64,000 nt of DNA, taken from the NCBI GenBank assembly GCA_964187785.1, contig OZ076409.1, positions 4,528,001 through 4,592,000 on the forward strand. Reading direction: 5' to 3'. This document shows positions 36,701 to 45,854 of the stretch, piece by piece; positions within the stretch are counted from its first letter, which is position 1, and each line of letters begins with the position of its first letter. The notes under the pieces are model-generated. The model did not search any database and had not been told where the DNA came from. It worked only from the letters and a program-made list of their open reading frames with translations. The stretch comes from Amphiscolops sp. MND2022. Lineage: Eukaryota. Position numbers and translations under genes: made by a program.

Positions 36701-39646
36701 TAAGCGGCTTCCACTGTACAAGGTCGTTCTATTTTATGCGCATTTTCTGAAAAATATTTGCTGCTAAATCACTGGTGGTATGTAATTTTCGATTAATTCA
36801 GCATTCTTGTTAGCCGTGGAAAGGTAAATAAAAACGCCCCGAGGCCTCCCCTCAGTGAGGGCACAGTGGCTATGCACCCGGTCGCCAAAACCAACACTTA
36901 CGGTATAGGTAGGTGACCTTTTGACCTGGTTGCGACCTCTTTTGCCAAATCCAGAGGCTCTTTTCTGTTAACACCCCCCCCCCCCCATCAAAATTTATTT
37001 TTTGATGGAAAATTACGAAAAAAATTCAAACTGGTTGAATTTAATGTGAAGTTTTTCCCATAACAGGAAGTTAACTTCTATTGGAATAGTTTTTCATTTG
37101 AACAAACTATTTTTCACGCATTTTGACTGTGAATATGTTGAAAATTAACTGTTTTCAGTGACTCAAAACAGGAAACTGTTGAGTTTTCAACAAGAATATT
37201 TGACTTCTTAAGGAATTATAGCGTGAACAAAGTTTGTATCTGAATTCTAAACTGTCATTCTGAGAAAGTAAAGGTTTCTAATTTAGTTCCAAGTCTATTG
37301 TATTTTAATATTTTCACAAAAAATTTTCAAAAATAAGGTGGTGGGGGTGGAAACAGAAAAGAAACCAATCCAGGCAATCTTCATTGTGTGATACTGTGCA
37401 CTGTGTCATTCATTGTCACTAATTCATCTCCTAATAGTTGATAAAATATCAATCATCCAGTGAGATTCCTTACATCACAGATTTTTCGTGTTTCTTGTGA
37501 ATCATCTTCATTTAGAATGTTCGAATGAAACAAAATCGAAGGTTTTTTGAAGCCGCGTATTTGGAAGGTGCATGTGATTACCAAGATATTAACAATCATT
37601 CGCGTATGTATTTAATGAATAGCTTCAGTCGGTGCTTTTATAGGCAAGTGTTTTGTGGGACCACTGACCTCACACTGAATCGTCCACTTTTTACAGTTCT
37701 AATTGGCACCCAAGGGGACATTCCCGTAGAGGCTTTCACAATATTTACAGAATACTCGAAACTATTTGAGACCAAAGAGCCCTCTGAGGGATTTTCGGCC
37801 TATTTTTTGCTTTTTTGATGTTTTTAGAGAAAGTCGTTTTCTGAGTATGAAAGGCCCCCTTTGGGTATTTTCGGAACTCTTATATCCTTATAATATTGAG
37901 CTCTTACATTGAAAAAACCCTGAGCTTATTTTTGAAACTTTGCGCTTTTTGAGCTTTAAGCGGGGCGCCGACTTGAGAATGAATAATGTGAAATTTATTT
38001 CTAATAACCATCCTTTAATGTCATGTGTTCGCATGTTCAACTTTTTTAGGAGTCGGAAAAAATTTTCGACTAATGCAATCGTGTCGTTTTTTTGTTTTTT
38101 TTTCTCCCGACCTTTCATTAAAATTTCAAATTTCTCAAAAACTGTCCATATGATTTTCATAAAATTTTGCACTCATTTTACACCCAAAAGGGCCCCTGCA
38201 TGCGCAAAGGTGTCAAAATCGTATGACGAATGTGAGAAACATAGCCAAAATTAGCCCAAAAACGGTCATTTTCGACTTTTTTTGATTTTCTCAAAAACTG
38301 TCCATACGATTCGAACGAAATTTTCTACAGTCATTCTACACCATATTATGGTCCTTTGTGTGCAATTTCACAAGTTTGCATGACTGGGATTCGAGCGAGT
38401 CGGAAGAAAAAAGACCTAAGCCGACTCCTTTACCGCATATGCGGCTCTGATTTTCCAAGTCTGTTGGAAATTAACTTTCAAACACACCGAATCGATGTCT
38501 ATTCAGACAACTTCCGGGTATCGCTCCAAAGGGTCACCCATCAATTTTTTGATATTTTGCAACAGAATGGATGTTCAAAAAATCCCAAAGGGTCCCCCTT
38601 TTACATTTTTACATTTTTCGGCACTATGCGACTTACCGGAAACTTCAAAAAAATTTTAAAATTTTTTTCCTGAATTTTTAGTTGAGCTTTTGTTTTCTCC
38701 AGTTGTGGAAAAAGTGGTCTTGGAGTCTTATTGAGCCTTAGATATGGCGCCGACTTGGGCCGTTCCCGGCTTGTTCGACTTGAAATGTCCATTTTTCAGT
38801 CAAAGTCTCCCGAGGTCAGCGAATGACCCTGGGGGTCGACAACACTGGCGGTCAACAGAAGAAGGACATGGAAATTCCATGGAAAGGCGGTCTCCCAGGT
38901 TCCTGTCTGTCATTCATTGAATTGTTGAGTGTTTCAGGGCCAGTCTGGGTATGATAATGGGTTTCGGGAAGTCCTCCAACAAAAACAGCAGTTACGCAAC
39001 TCTTCCCAATCACCCCAACATCAAGTTCAAGTCTAAACAACACAACAACAACAACCTAGACAAGCGAAACTCCGCCAGTTCATACCAGCTGAACTCTTCG
39101 TGCAACGACGACGTCTTCACACAGTCCATCGACGAAAACATCTTCCACCACAAATCCGACTCTTCGTACCCGACAGGCTCCAAGTATGACGTAAGATACG
39201 ATGACGTCATTAAGTACGATGACATAACCTACCATGACGTCAGGAAGTATGACGTAAGAAGCGATGCCGAGTCGGGAGACCAAAGTGACAAAAGTTGGTC
39301 TCCCATGAAAGAAAACGTCACCTATGGAACCCATATGTCTACATTTTATGATTCAGCAAACACTTACCAAAGCCTGCCTCGGAAAAGAATTCCCTCGGAA
39401 CCCCCGGACTCGAAAGTGAAATCGAAAAATCGGTACGTTAAAAACGGCGGCAGAAAATCAACAGCGTTGGACCATCATCGCCGGAGTTCCGAAATTAGAA
39501 GCGATTCCTCTGAGTTTGAAGACTCGAGGAGAGATTATGGAAGTGATGGTCCCCCCACTTATGGTGCTATCGGAGCCAAAAACCCCGTTTCGGAATACTC
39601 CCTCGGAAGTCATAGCAGCGAAGCAGTTCTGTTGGGCGATTATTGA
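558..39646 (+). CDS. par-3: Par-3/Bazooka (PARD3-like) PDZ polarity scaffold, 5'-partial multi-exon gene (span)
   Basis: Phase-compatible GT-AG exons: 558-721, 6148-6429, 6884-7015, 7418-7533, 10255-10434, 10758-10849, (11359-11423 or 17444-17637), 20092-20332, 21661-21787, 22921-23016, 28746-28961, 32685-32897, 34287-34383, 35538-35737, 36814-36912, 38938-39646. Par-3 hallmarks appear in the expected order: PDZ3 start IPLNDTGSAGLGISVKG, AFSREDIHRRSLSEKR, KSASLESL, RSRGCSE, GIFRGLFR. Exons after about 22.9 kb rest only on phase, splice signals and composition. Confidence 0.9.
1107..1269. mobile_element. pogo/Tigger-like MITE
   Basis: TA-flanked TIRs CAGTAAACCCTCGATTATCCGCCA. Similar TA-flanked MITEs at about 5475-5631, 10870-11046, 20594-20742, 23645-23800 and 36596-36716. 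Confidence 0.75.
1537..2064. mobile_element. hAT-like MITE (CAGAGATGACC family)
   Basis: Flanked by direct repeat GGCTGACTT; sister copy at 29001-30019. Confidence 0.75.
2354..2790 (-). mobile_element. Helentron-like family A copy
   Basis: Reverse-complement of the 21864-22224 architecture. Confidence 0.7.
4292..4566. mobile_element. hAT-like MITE, CAGAGTTTTGACA family
   Basis: TIRs TAGAATTTTGACA / TGTCAAAACTCTG; TSD ATTTCTTC/ATGTCTTC; internal similarity to 10438-10752. Confidence 0.8.
6027..6098 (+). pseudogene. tRNA-derived sequence (Ala-like), not a functional tRNA
   Basis: A box TGGCGCAGTTGG and B box GGTTCGAACCC; acceptor and anticodon stems do not pair. The copy at 42180-42251 differs in the anticodon loop. 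Confidence 0.6.
6148..6429 (+). CDS. par-3: par-3 exon, linker and N-terminal half of PDZ3
   Basis: TTTTAG acceptor, phase 0; VIPLNDTGSAGLGISVKGRT...DTGVFIKAILNGGAAWK; donor GTATAG. Confidence 0.95.
6884..7015 (+). CDS. par-3: par-3 exon, PDZ3 continued
   Basis: DGRLLVNDQLLSVNEQSLVGMDNKDAIEVLKNSLIHHGKTGQAN; TTTTAG acceptor, GTGAGT donor. Confidence 0.92.
7418..7533 (+). CDS. par-3: par-3 exon, last PDZ3 strand and linker
   Basis: TTTTAG acceptor; FRVTISRLDS...; phase-2 donor AG|GTCAGA. An alternative phase-2 donor AA|GTTAAT at 7510 is possible. Confidence 0.75.
9783..10073 (+). mobile_element. Helentron-like family E carrying an antisense tRNA-like segment
   Basis: subTIRs CAC(A/T)TGACGAAG / CTTCGTCATGTG, hairpin GCGAAGCACCGCTTCGC; second copy at 60810-61783. 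Confidence 0.7.
9884..9953 (-). pseudogene. tRNA-derived sequence
   Basis: Reverse complement has TGGCACAGTGG (A box) and GGTTCGAATCT (B box); copy at about 60912-60981. Confidence 0.55.
10255..10434 (+). CDS. par-3: par-3 exon, first half of aPKC-binding region
   Basis: TTTTTCAG acceptor, phase 2; ends ...PDGTAFSREDIHR(R); donor AG|GTCCAG. Confidence 0.85.
10438..10752. mobile_element. hAT-like MITE (CAGAGTTTTGACA family) forming a par-3 intron
   Basis: TIRs CAGACTTTTGACATCG / CGGTGTCAAAACTG; 8-bp TSD CGAAGGTC/CAAAGGTC. Confidence 0.88.
10758..10849 (+). CDS. par-3: par-3 exon, second half of aPKC-binding region
   Basis: (R)SLSEKRTGGRVRDANELAFYREKIKPMKDA completes the Par-3 RQSMSEKR-type motif; acceptor CAAAG, donor GTGAGT. 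Confidence 0.85.
11359..11741 (+). CDS. par-3: par-3 alternative exon (short form 11359-11423, or read-through terminal exon to TAG 11741)
   Basis: Phase-1 acceptor TGCAG. A consensus donor GTAAGT lies at 11424, but the frame stays open and GC-rich to ...QPQPGYYSM*. Confidence 0.6.
11790..12887. mobile_element. CAGTGATGATCATT-TIR element
   Basis: TIRs CAGTGATGATCATT / AATGATCATCACTG; TSD TTTCATTC/TTTTACTC. Confidence 0.65.
13782..14177. mobile_element. GG..CC-terminated MITE (Merlin/MULE-like) with shared core
   Basis: Inverted TTCAATTCGTCGAACA repeats; TSD TAGAAAAA/AAGAAAAA. Confidence 0.65.
15075..15452. mobile_element. GG..CC-terminated MITE with shared core
   Basis: Inverted GGGACAAAACAGCCG repeats; perfect TSD TTTAAATT. 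Confidence 0.7.
16139..16836. mobile_element. hAT-like MITE with nested TTAA-flanked (piggyBac-like) MITE at about 16243-16609
   Basis: TIRs CAGGGCTGTCGGCGG / CCGCCGACAGCCCTA; TSD ATCGGGAT/ATCGGAAT. Confidence 0.75.
17444..17637 (+). CDS. par-3: par-3 exon with KSASLESL (Par-1/14-3-3 site-like) motif
   Basis: TTTCAG acceptor, phase 1; DRYKSASLESLTHL resembles Par-3 KKSSSLESLQT; donor CAG|GTGAGT. Confidence 0.85.
17774..18419 (+). mobile_element. Helentron-like family B, nested in a family A copy, with an internal ~173-bp tandem duplication
   Basis: subTIRs AGGAGTCGG / CCGACTCCT, then hairpin CCGCACATGCGG. Other copies at about 24133-24397, 34444-34889 and 38042-38452. Confidence 0.7.
20092..20332 (+). 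CDS. par-3: par-3 exon
   Basis: CTCTTTTCCAG acceptor; RRSRGCSEE resembles Par-3 RGRGCNES; Pro-rich; donor AG|GTAACA, phase 1. Confidence 0.8.
20987..21398. mobile_element. GG..CC-terminated MITE with shared core, inserted in a family C element
   Basis: TSD AACTTGTA/AACTGGTA; inverted ACAGCCGAA repeats. Confidence 0.65.
21661..21787 (+). CDS. par-3: par-3 exon with basic/amphipathic motif
   Basis: TTTGTTTCAG acceptor; ...KDNKKNKSSGGGIFRGLFR resembles Par-3 KKGMLKGLGDMFRFGK; donor GTGAGC. Confidence 0.8.
21864..22224 (+). mobile_element. Helentron/DINE-1-like non-autonomous element, family A (representative)
   Basis: 5' subTIR TTAGTCGGCGC, 3' subTIR GCGCCGACT followed by a short stem-loop and TGTT. 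T-rich target with no TSD; internal AAAGGGTCCCCC repeats. Most abundant repeat in the window. Confidence 0.75.
22921..23016 (+). CDS. par-3: par-3 probable symmetric cassette exon (96 nt)
   Basis: GC-rich island, phase 2-2, PTSDLDSPIMRPRSPSSTQRRLRPPPSGSGLR; donor GTTTGT. Confidence 0.55.
26466..26767. repeat. near-perfect direct tandem duplication (about 147-bp unit)
   Basis: TCTCGTAAATGCATAATATC...GAATTGAAACT at 26466-26612 and 26621-26767. Confidence 0.85.
28746..28961 (+). CDS. par-3: par-3 exon
   Basis: TTTTTCAG acceptor, 216 nt, phase 2-2, open (TNKKNQQDNKDANSG...EEPAAIFV); donor AG|GTTAAT. Confidence 0.7.
29001..30019. mobile_element. hAT-like MITE (CAGAGATGACC family) interrupted by a LINE fragment
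   Basis: TIRs CAGAGATGACC / GGTCATCTCTG; TSD ACTAAACA/AGTAAACA. Confidence 0.8.
29340..29918 (+). mobile_element. 5'-truncated LINE (CR1/L2-like) 3' end with (TAA)n tail, inserted in a hAT-like MITE
   Basis: ORF remnant LLDLLYLSKI...NFWFRAKRLAMQLP...NTCTW...CDC, followed by a TAA-repeat tail. It is absent from the sister MITE copy at 1537-2064. Confidence 0.65.
31693..31816. repeat. near-perfect hairpin/palindrome
   Basis: About 53-bp arms CTTGACTAGTTGATAATGTGTCGAAACGTGTTGTCTCGC...AAAAGTTTT and reverse complement, short loop. Confidence 0.85.
32283..32598. mobile_element. hAT-like MITE, CAGAGTTTTGACA family
   Basis: TIRs CAGGGTTTTGACA / TGTCAAAACGCTG; TSD CTTGTCAC/CTTGTCAT. Partial copies start at 23126 and about 31609. 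Confidence 0.8.
32685..32897 (+). CDS. par-3: par-3 exon (donor supplied by a TIR)
   Basis: Strong acceptor TTTTTGCTTTTCAG; open to ...SPTDDIHN. The phase-2 donor CA|GTGATG sits just before an in-frame TGA and matches the phase of the next exon. Confidence 0.7.
32896..34276. mobile_element. CAGTGATGATCATT-TIR element forming a par-3 intron, with nested insertions
   Basis: TIRs match 13/14. It contains a family-C Helentron-like copy (about 32915-33410) and a hAT-like MITE at 33780-34241 (TSD AACATACG/AATATACG). Confidence 0.7.
34287..34383 (+). CDS. par-3: par-3 exon
   Basis: TTTGTACCAG acceptor; QLSYHYHPGGYNSARSSVRRDSNSSSIGSAAQ; donor CAG|GTAGTG. Confidence 0.7.
34385..35527. mobile_element. 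TAGTG-TIR (hAT-like) element forming a par-3 intron
   Basis: TIRs TAGTGTAATAAACTGAA / TTCAGTTTATAACACCA (15/17); nested family-B Helentron-like copy at about 34444-34889. Confidence 0.7.
35538..35737 (+). CDS. par-3: par-3 exon
   Basis: CCCCTTCCAG acceptor; VCQSHSPLAETGFHPP...HYQPRKP; donor AG|GTATGC, phase 2. Confidence 0.7.
36814..36912 (+). CDS. par-3: par-3 probable exon (99 nt, phase 2-2)
   Basis: TTCTTGTTAG acceptor; RGKVNKNAPRPPLSEGTVAMHPVAKTNTYGIG. Several adjacent GT donors make the 3' boundary uncertain; read-through gives an immediate TGA. Confidence 0.5.
38772..38899 (+). repeat. exact intragenic copy of the par-3 acceptor and first 100 nt of exon 10255
   Basis: Identical by eye to 10227-10354; preceded by a related but diverged family A repeat end. 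Confidence 0.9.
38938..39646 (+). CDS. par-3: par-3 probable terminal exon
   Basis: GTTTCAG acceptor in phase 2 leads into the 231-aa ORF 38951-39646 (Ser/Asp/Tyr-rich, low complexity). Assignment to par-3 is by position and phase only. Confidence 0.6.
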
Positions 39647-39658
39647 TGAGTTTTTATT

Positions 39659-40005
39659 GGTTACATGACGTCATTTCGTCCTATGCAATTTCAACCGCTG
39701 CCATTTCATCAACCTATTGCATTTTCAACCTTCCGCAATTTCGACCTAAGCTAATTTTGGCTGATGGATCATAATTAGTTAAATATTCATTTTAGGAGGT
39801 TTTTATTGTTTCGGCTTCTTCATGAATAATTACTAACAAAGAAAGCTGTTTGATTTGTTAGTAACTATTGGACTGAAATACTAACTGGATCGAATTAGGA
39901 GTATTTAGCCAAAATTAGTACATGTCGAAATCGCGGAAGGTTGAAAATGCAATAGGTTGAAATTGTCAACGGTTGAAATTGCATAGGGTGAAATGTCCTG
40001 ACACC
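39659..40005. mobile_element. MULE-like foldback MITE just after the par-3 stop codon
   Basis: GG..CC ends, long inverted arms of (G)TTGAAAT units, perfect 9-bp TSD GTTTTTATT. Related pieces at about 180-482 and 35777-36420. Confidence 0.7.
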
Positions 40006-41976
40006 GTTTTTATTACCCAAACTTCAAGTTGAGTCTGATACAAAACGGAAAAATTTTGGCTTCTTTGATATTGACTTTTCTTGCACGTCAGATATTGAAT
40101 TTTTTATCATTCATGAAAATATAAACGAAATTGATTCAAATTTTCGACTGTGAAAGGTTCAATTTCCATGAATTAAGTTTCGTTTAACAAGTTACTTTTT
40201 AAAATTATTCCAATAATCTGACTGTTTTTTGGATCTGACTCATTTTCAAAATTCAAATTTCCATCTTTTCACAGAGCTTTTACGAGCGTATCGCTTATAC
40301 ATCAATGTGCAATTGTTTCTTTCTATCTTTTCTATTTACAAGCTAGTTTTTCTTTCACTATTTCGCCATTTTATTGTAAATATTTCTACGTAAATGCCGG
40401 TCAGCGCAATCTCACCCACTTTATGTGCAGAATATTTTTTGGTTTTTGATTAATTTTTAACTCACTTGCAAATTTGTGGCGGAAAGTTTTGCCAAACCAA
40501 GCTTCGCAAAGAACGGCAGCCTAATGAATAATATATTGATGATGGCGTTTTCTGATTGGACGAAAGAAGTGAGCTGTCGGAAGCCAATCAAATTTCGATC
40601 ATTGCACACTCGGCTTCAAATCAATTCGTTGCTTCAACTCTATCACAACCTAAACTTTTAAGACTTGCCCTTAGAAACTTGAATAACTTGACCGCTGAAA
40701 TTGTGAAAATGATATATGAATAAAGTTAGCGATTAGCTTTTTCTGTTGTAAACAGATAAGGGATAATATTCCTAGTTAATTGTAAATGTTTGTTCTATTA
40801 CGTAATACTTCATTTTCTGACGTAATATGTGTTATATCATTTCAAGTGACCTGACACCCAATTTATCATTTTCTTGACCAACCAACTTCCATATCTACTT
40901 TCTTGACAGAAGCAGTTCTCGCTCTTTTCATCACGAAAAAAAATTTCAAAAAAAAGTTCAACTTTTTTATAATTTTTTTCAAAAAAATCATTTTTTTCCA
41001 TCATGGAATAAAAAATTTTCAAAAGTTTGTGAATTGTAACTTGGATCAAATACACAAATCCGAATTAGTTCCAAAAGCCGGAAGTTTCTCTACGGTTTCT
41101 GCTGTAGAACTGATGCTATTGAGTTAGCTATAAAGAAACTTTTTGCTCATGTTTCGTTATTTTTTGTGAAATGAAAAATTCAAAATGCGTGAGATTTTAT
41201 TCCATGCAATCCATGCAAATTGCGAGAACCGTTTTTTGAGCTTTTTATTTTGTTTCTCGCGCAATTTTCCTGAATTCGAACCTTTATTTTTATACCTATT
41301 TCCCGTCTTGATTCCTATTGATCCGATGTGTGTTGTAGTTACTGAACTAATTCGCTTGTCCTCAAAATGTTAATTCTTATGTAGTTCCGTCACTTTGATA
41401 CGTGCAGATTTTCAACAGTGGAATTTTTGTTAGAATGTCGAATCAATTCAAGATTTTTCCCTTAAACTTTTTCTGATGCCTATTTTTGTAGCTTATTAAA
41501 AATAGTATAAAGACAGTACTGTGATTAGGAATCGTCCCCCTATGACCTTCTCAGCCAATTAAAATTGTTTATTTGCTCTCACTTTCCATTTTGACTGGTG
41601 CATCAAGTGGAGTCAAAATACATCCATGGATTCAGAAGATAGTGGGAGTTAATTGAGCATAAAATTTGCCAAAAAACTGCATAAAACTGAAAAATTGGAA
41701 AAACGGCCAAAAGATTTTTGTCTCAAATAAAAAATACCAATGTAAACTAAGAAACTTTCACTGCCATTACTTTTCAAAATTTTCGACCGATTCCGAGAAA
41801 ATTGAGCCCAAAATCACCCGCGCGATGCTTTTTTAATCACAGTGCTGTATATAGTATAAAAATATTATTCTCCCCATAAAAAATGAAATGAGCTAAAACT
41901 ATCTGAAGAGACGTGTTCAATTTCTTAAAGGGAGTGGGACCCCTAAACTTCCGTGTTGGAGCCCCACACTGGCTTT

Positions 41977-42296
41977 TTATTTTCCGCCCACATATAATAG
42001 GGGAGGAAGATCATAATCTGTCTTGCGTTTTTTTTCAAATTCTGCCAAATCTCCACGATCTCCATCCACTCTTGACTATTTTATATAGTTACTTGACTAT
42101 TTTAGTTACTTGAACTCCACTTGCCAAATCTCCACTTTTTTACTCTAATATACTCCACTTTATAATTAAGTAAGTTCTAGACACCATGGCGCAGTTAGTA
42201 GAGCGTCTGCCTGCCAGACAGGAGGTCGTGGTTTCGAAGCCGGGCTGATGCGTTACATTTATAGCGGAAAATATCCCAGTGCTTAGTGGGCGTTTT
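41977..42296 (+). mobile_element. Helentron-like family F carrying a tRNA-like segment
   Basis: subTIRs ATTTTCCGC / GCGGAAAAT, then a weak hairpin. Second copy at about 5911-6113; the same ends occur at about 3126-3540. Confidence 0.6.
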
Positions 42297-44629
42297 GTTT
42301 CGTTTGCTTTATGATCTTCTGTGGCGTGGAAACCTTGGTTCGGAATGTTTTGGGCGAATGTTTTTAGCTATTTTCCGTTTATTTTGAAAATTTCCACGTT
42401 TTCCATTAATTAATGTGAAATATTGTTAAATTTTACCACGTACTTGAACAATGAAGGCATGGGCTTGGATTGTTACAGGAGTAATTTTTCTGGTCTGTAT
42501 TTCCACCTACGCTGGAAGTTTTTGAGGATTTTAGATTTTTTTTCGAAGTTTTGTGGCTCAAGGTGTTGACAAATTGCAGATTGTGGGTGCTTACCATTCG
42601 GCTCGTCATTGAAATAACTACCAACGCAGTATATCTGTCCACCTCCAAACTGAATTTGCGTTTGATGGATGAAAAAGTTTTCATTTTTATTAGTCGGCGT
42701 TTTCGGAGAAAGCACGAATCTTACAGTGTTTAGTTTTTTCTACAGTAGCTCTGATCCGTTCACTTTTACGGAGAACACATGGAACAAATATTATTCATAG
42801 GGTAAAGACCATTCGGCGTAGCAGCACGCTATATTCGAATTGATCACGTTATATGCGACGTAAGTTGCCTGTCACCGAAGAGGAGGTGGGGAAAATATTG
42901 CGCTATATCATAATTTTGACGTTATATCCTAACTATATTGCTTTTTACTAAGAAGGAGGTTGGGGTTCGAAAAAAAACGCTCCCACGTGACCCAGCACGC
43001 TATAATCCCGTTGGACTAAAATTTCGACTTCTGGAATTCTTTCCCGAATTTTGCAGTAGACACTATAACTCCTGGCAGCATGTATGCGACTGCCCACAAT
43101 GTCGAAACAGCTGGATACATTGGAAATTATGGGAGGAGATTCCTACAACTGCGCTTGGGAATTCAAAACCTTTGATGTTTTATCCGAAGTATAGTGCGAT
43201 CTAGGAGAAGAAAGCGGAGGAGATTCTACTACAGAGGTTCGAAATTCTTGCGTTATATCGAATTTTGACGTTTTTTCCATTTTTGCCAGATTTGCAGGAG
43301 TACGTGGGTTCGGGCTCCCTAGAATTTTCGGCCCCATCCGACTTACCGAAGACATTTCATTTGGTCAAATGGTACCCCGATCATTTTCAAACATTTTTGG
43401 CTCAGAAAAAGTTTTTTGCGGAATTGGAGGGTCTCATATTGGGTTTTCGGCACTATGACTGTTTCTGGAAAGAAACAAAAATAGATTTTTTTAAAAAAGG
43501 GTTTTTGATGTTTCGAGTTAGGTGCGGCTTTTCTGGAAAAAGTATCATGTAACGGAAAGGTACCCCTGGGTTTCATCAATGTTTTTGGCTTGAAAGAAAA
43601 AGTTAAGCGAGCGCAAAGCTCCTTTTTGGCACTATGAGACTTTTCCGTGGAAAACATTTTTAAGGGGATGTTTCTTCTGAGATTCCATTTTGCATAGAAG
43701 TTTAGGAACACAGCAGACTTCGTAAATTCTTCTCAATTAGGATCTCCTAATTAATTGATTCCAATCTAAAGGATATCGGATAAAAGCAGTTTTGACATCG
43801 GTATTTTCATCGGACTTTTTACCCGAAGAGAACAATATTTTGAAAAAATAAATTGAAAAAAAATCGTTTTGATGTTTCCAGTTGTTAAAAAGCGGTTTTC
43901 GTGTCGTATGGGTATTTTTTGATGTGTAAAGTCGATTGAAATTTTCATAATGCTGTGCCTTTGCATTTTCGAAACATTTTGTTTCTTGAAACTTAAGCGG
44001 GACTCTGACTTTGGCCGTTCCGGGCTTGTTAAAAATAGATTTTAATGACGGTTGGCATCGTTTGTCTTCTATAAAGGAGTTTGACGTTTTTAGCTGACTC
44101 ATTCCGTTTTTCGTTCTTTCCCGAGTGAATAGTAATGGAACCGGCGAACATCATAAAAAGTGTGTCCACTGTCGCTTTTCTAGAGAACAATTGAGTGCTC
44201 CAAGCTTTTGAGGGAAGTGGAACCTACACGCCGGGTGGTGATAAAACCGTTGTGGTCATAGTACTAGCCATTCAAATTCAAACCGGAAACTAAATGGTTT
44301 AAAATATTTTCCCTTTCTTCCTATTTTCCACGTTTTGTGTAAATTGAGCAGGAAAAGCTTTTTCCTATAAAATTCGAAAGAACCTTGAAAATGTGGTATT
44401 TTCTCACTCTAAGTTTTAACGAAGTATTTTTGGAAACAAATCGGTTAATTTTTGGAGTATTTCGAGAAGCGTTGCAATTAAAAATGCATTAGCATGAAAA
44501 CTCAGATTCAACTCAGCACAGTTGCTAGTCAAGATTTTCAGCGCCGAAAGTGGCAAGATGGATACGTGAATTCAGAGTGATGTAGATTAAAATCGCTCAA
44601 GGTTCAAAAAGAGCAAAGTTTTTTAAATA

Positions 44630-45854
44630 CAGTATGGTTCCAAAATGTTGAATACGGCTTTCAAAGCTGAAGAAATTTTCAAATTTTCTTTGCTAACAAA
44701 AATGCGTGAAATCATTTCACTTGTTTCAACGTTAAAACATAGTCGGAAATGCCAGCACCATTAGATTCTTTTATTGCTTGTCAAATTGTTACGTTGAAAA
44801 AGAGGATTTTCGTATCAGAAAATTGCAGATGAATTAGGTTTGAAAGCCAAGTCAACGGCCCAATCAGTTTTTAGGCGTTACAACAAAAACAAAAGTTATT
44901 TACCAAAACAATCCACTGGTCGTCCTCCAGAGTTATCGGAAAAAAACTAAAGAAAATTGGTCAAAGATGTTCTCAAAGATCCCAAAACAACTCTGGAGAG
45001 AATTCGGGTTAAATACAATTCCTTTTCGACCAAATAATCAATTTCGAGAACAACTGTGAGAAGAATATTGAGAAAACATGGCGTTTTTAGCAGAGTTGCG
45101 GCCGAAAAGATCCGCATCAAAAAAACGTCTGCTGCTTTTCGGAAAAATTGGTCACAAAAAATCATTGAAAAATCAGCTGAATATTGGTATTCTGTAGTGT
45201 TCACTGATGAAACACGAGTGAAGCTCACAAGTGACGGAATTGTTCGTGTTTTTCGCAAAAAAAAACACTCGTTATGTGCAAAATAAACGTCAAATATGTG
45301 ATAACTGACAGACGATCGCTGATATTTTGGGGTGCAATTCGATCGGATGGCCGGAAAATGTTGGTTAAATGCCCCAATACCCTAACAAGCAGCAGTTATC
45401 TTGATATTCTGAAAGATTACAACAACAAATTGCATTTTCCGGGCTTAGTTTTTCACCAAGACAACGCGCCCACTCATAAAGCTTCAATTATCAAGAATTT
45501 TTCCGCGAAATTGAATGGGAAGTACTGGATTGGCCACCATACAGCCCTGATCTGAATATTATTGAGAACCTTTGGGCAATTGTGAAGAAAAGATTGGCAA
45601 AACAAAGTGTTTCATGGGAGAATATAGAGGAAAAAGTGCAAGAAATTTAGAATTCGATCGAGTTAGAGACTGTTCAAAAACTTTATGACAGCATTCCCGA
45701 GCGCCTAGAAGCAGTTGCTTCTAGTAATGGATTCATTTCCCGATTTTGAAATAGTTGCTTTGATATGATTTCTTTGTCTTATGTTTAGTTCATGTTGAAT
45801 TTTCCGTTTTTAAAAAAACAGGTTTGCCGTATTCAACATTTTGGAACCATACTG
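44630..45854 (+). mobile_element. Tc1-family (DD34E) transposon, full length with disrupted transposase
   Basis: TA-flanked TIRs CAGTATGGTTCCAAAATGTTGAATACGGC. ATG at 44749; motifs STGRPP, VVFTDET, FHQDNAPTH, WPPYSPDLNIIENLW; frameshifts and a premature TAG at 45648. Confidence 0.93.

Noticed and set aside
44749..45749. Active Tc1 transposase as the mobiliser of the intron-forming MITEs
   Set aside because: The ORF is frameshifted with a premature stop, and Tc1 makes TA TSDs, not 8-bp TSDs.
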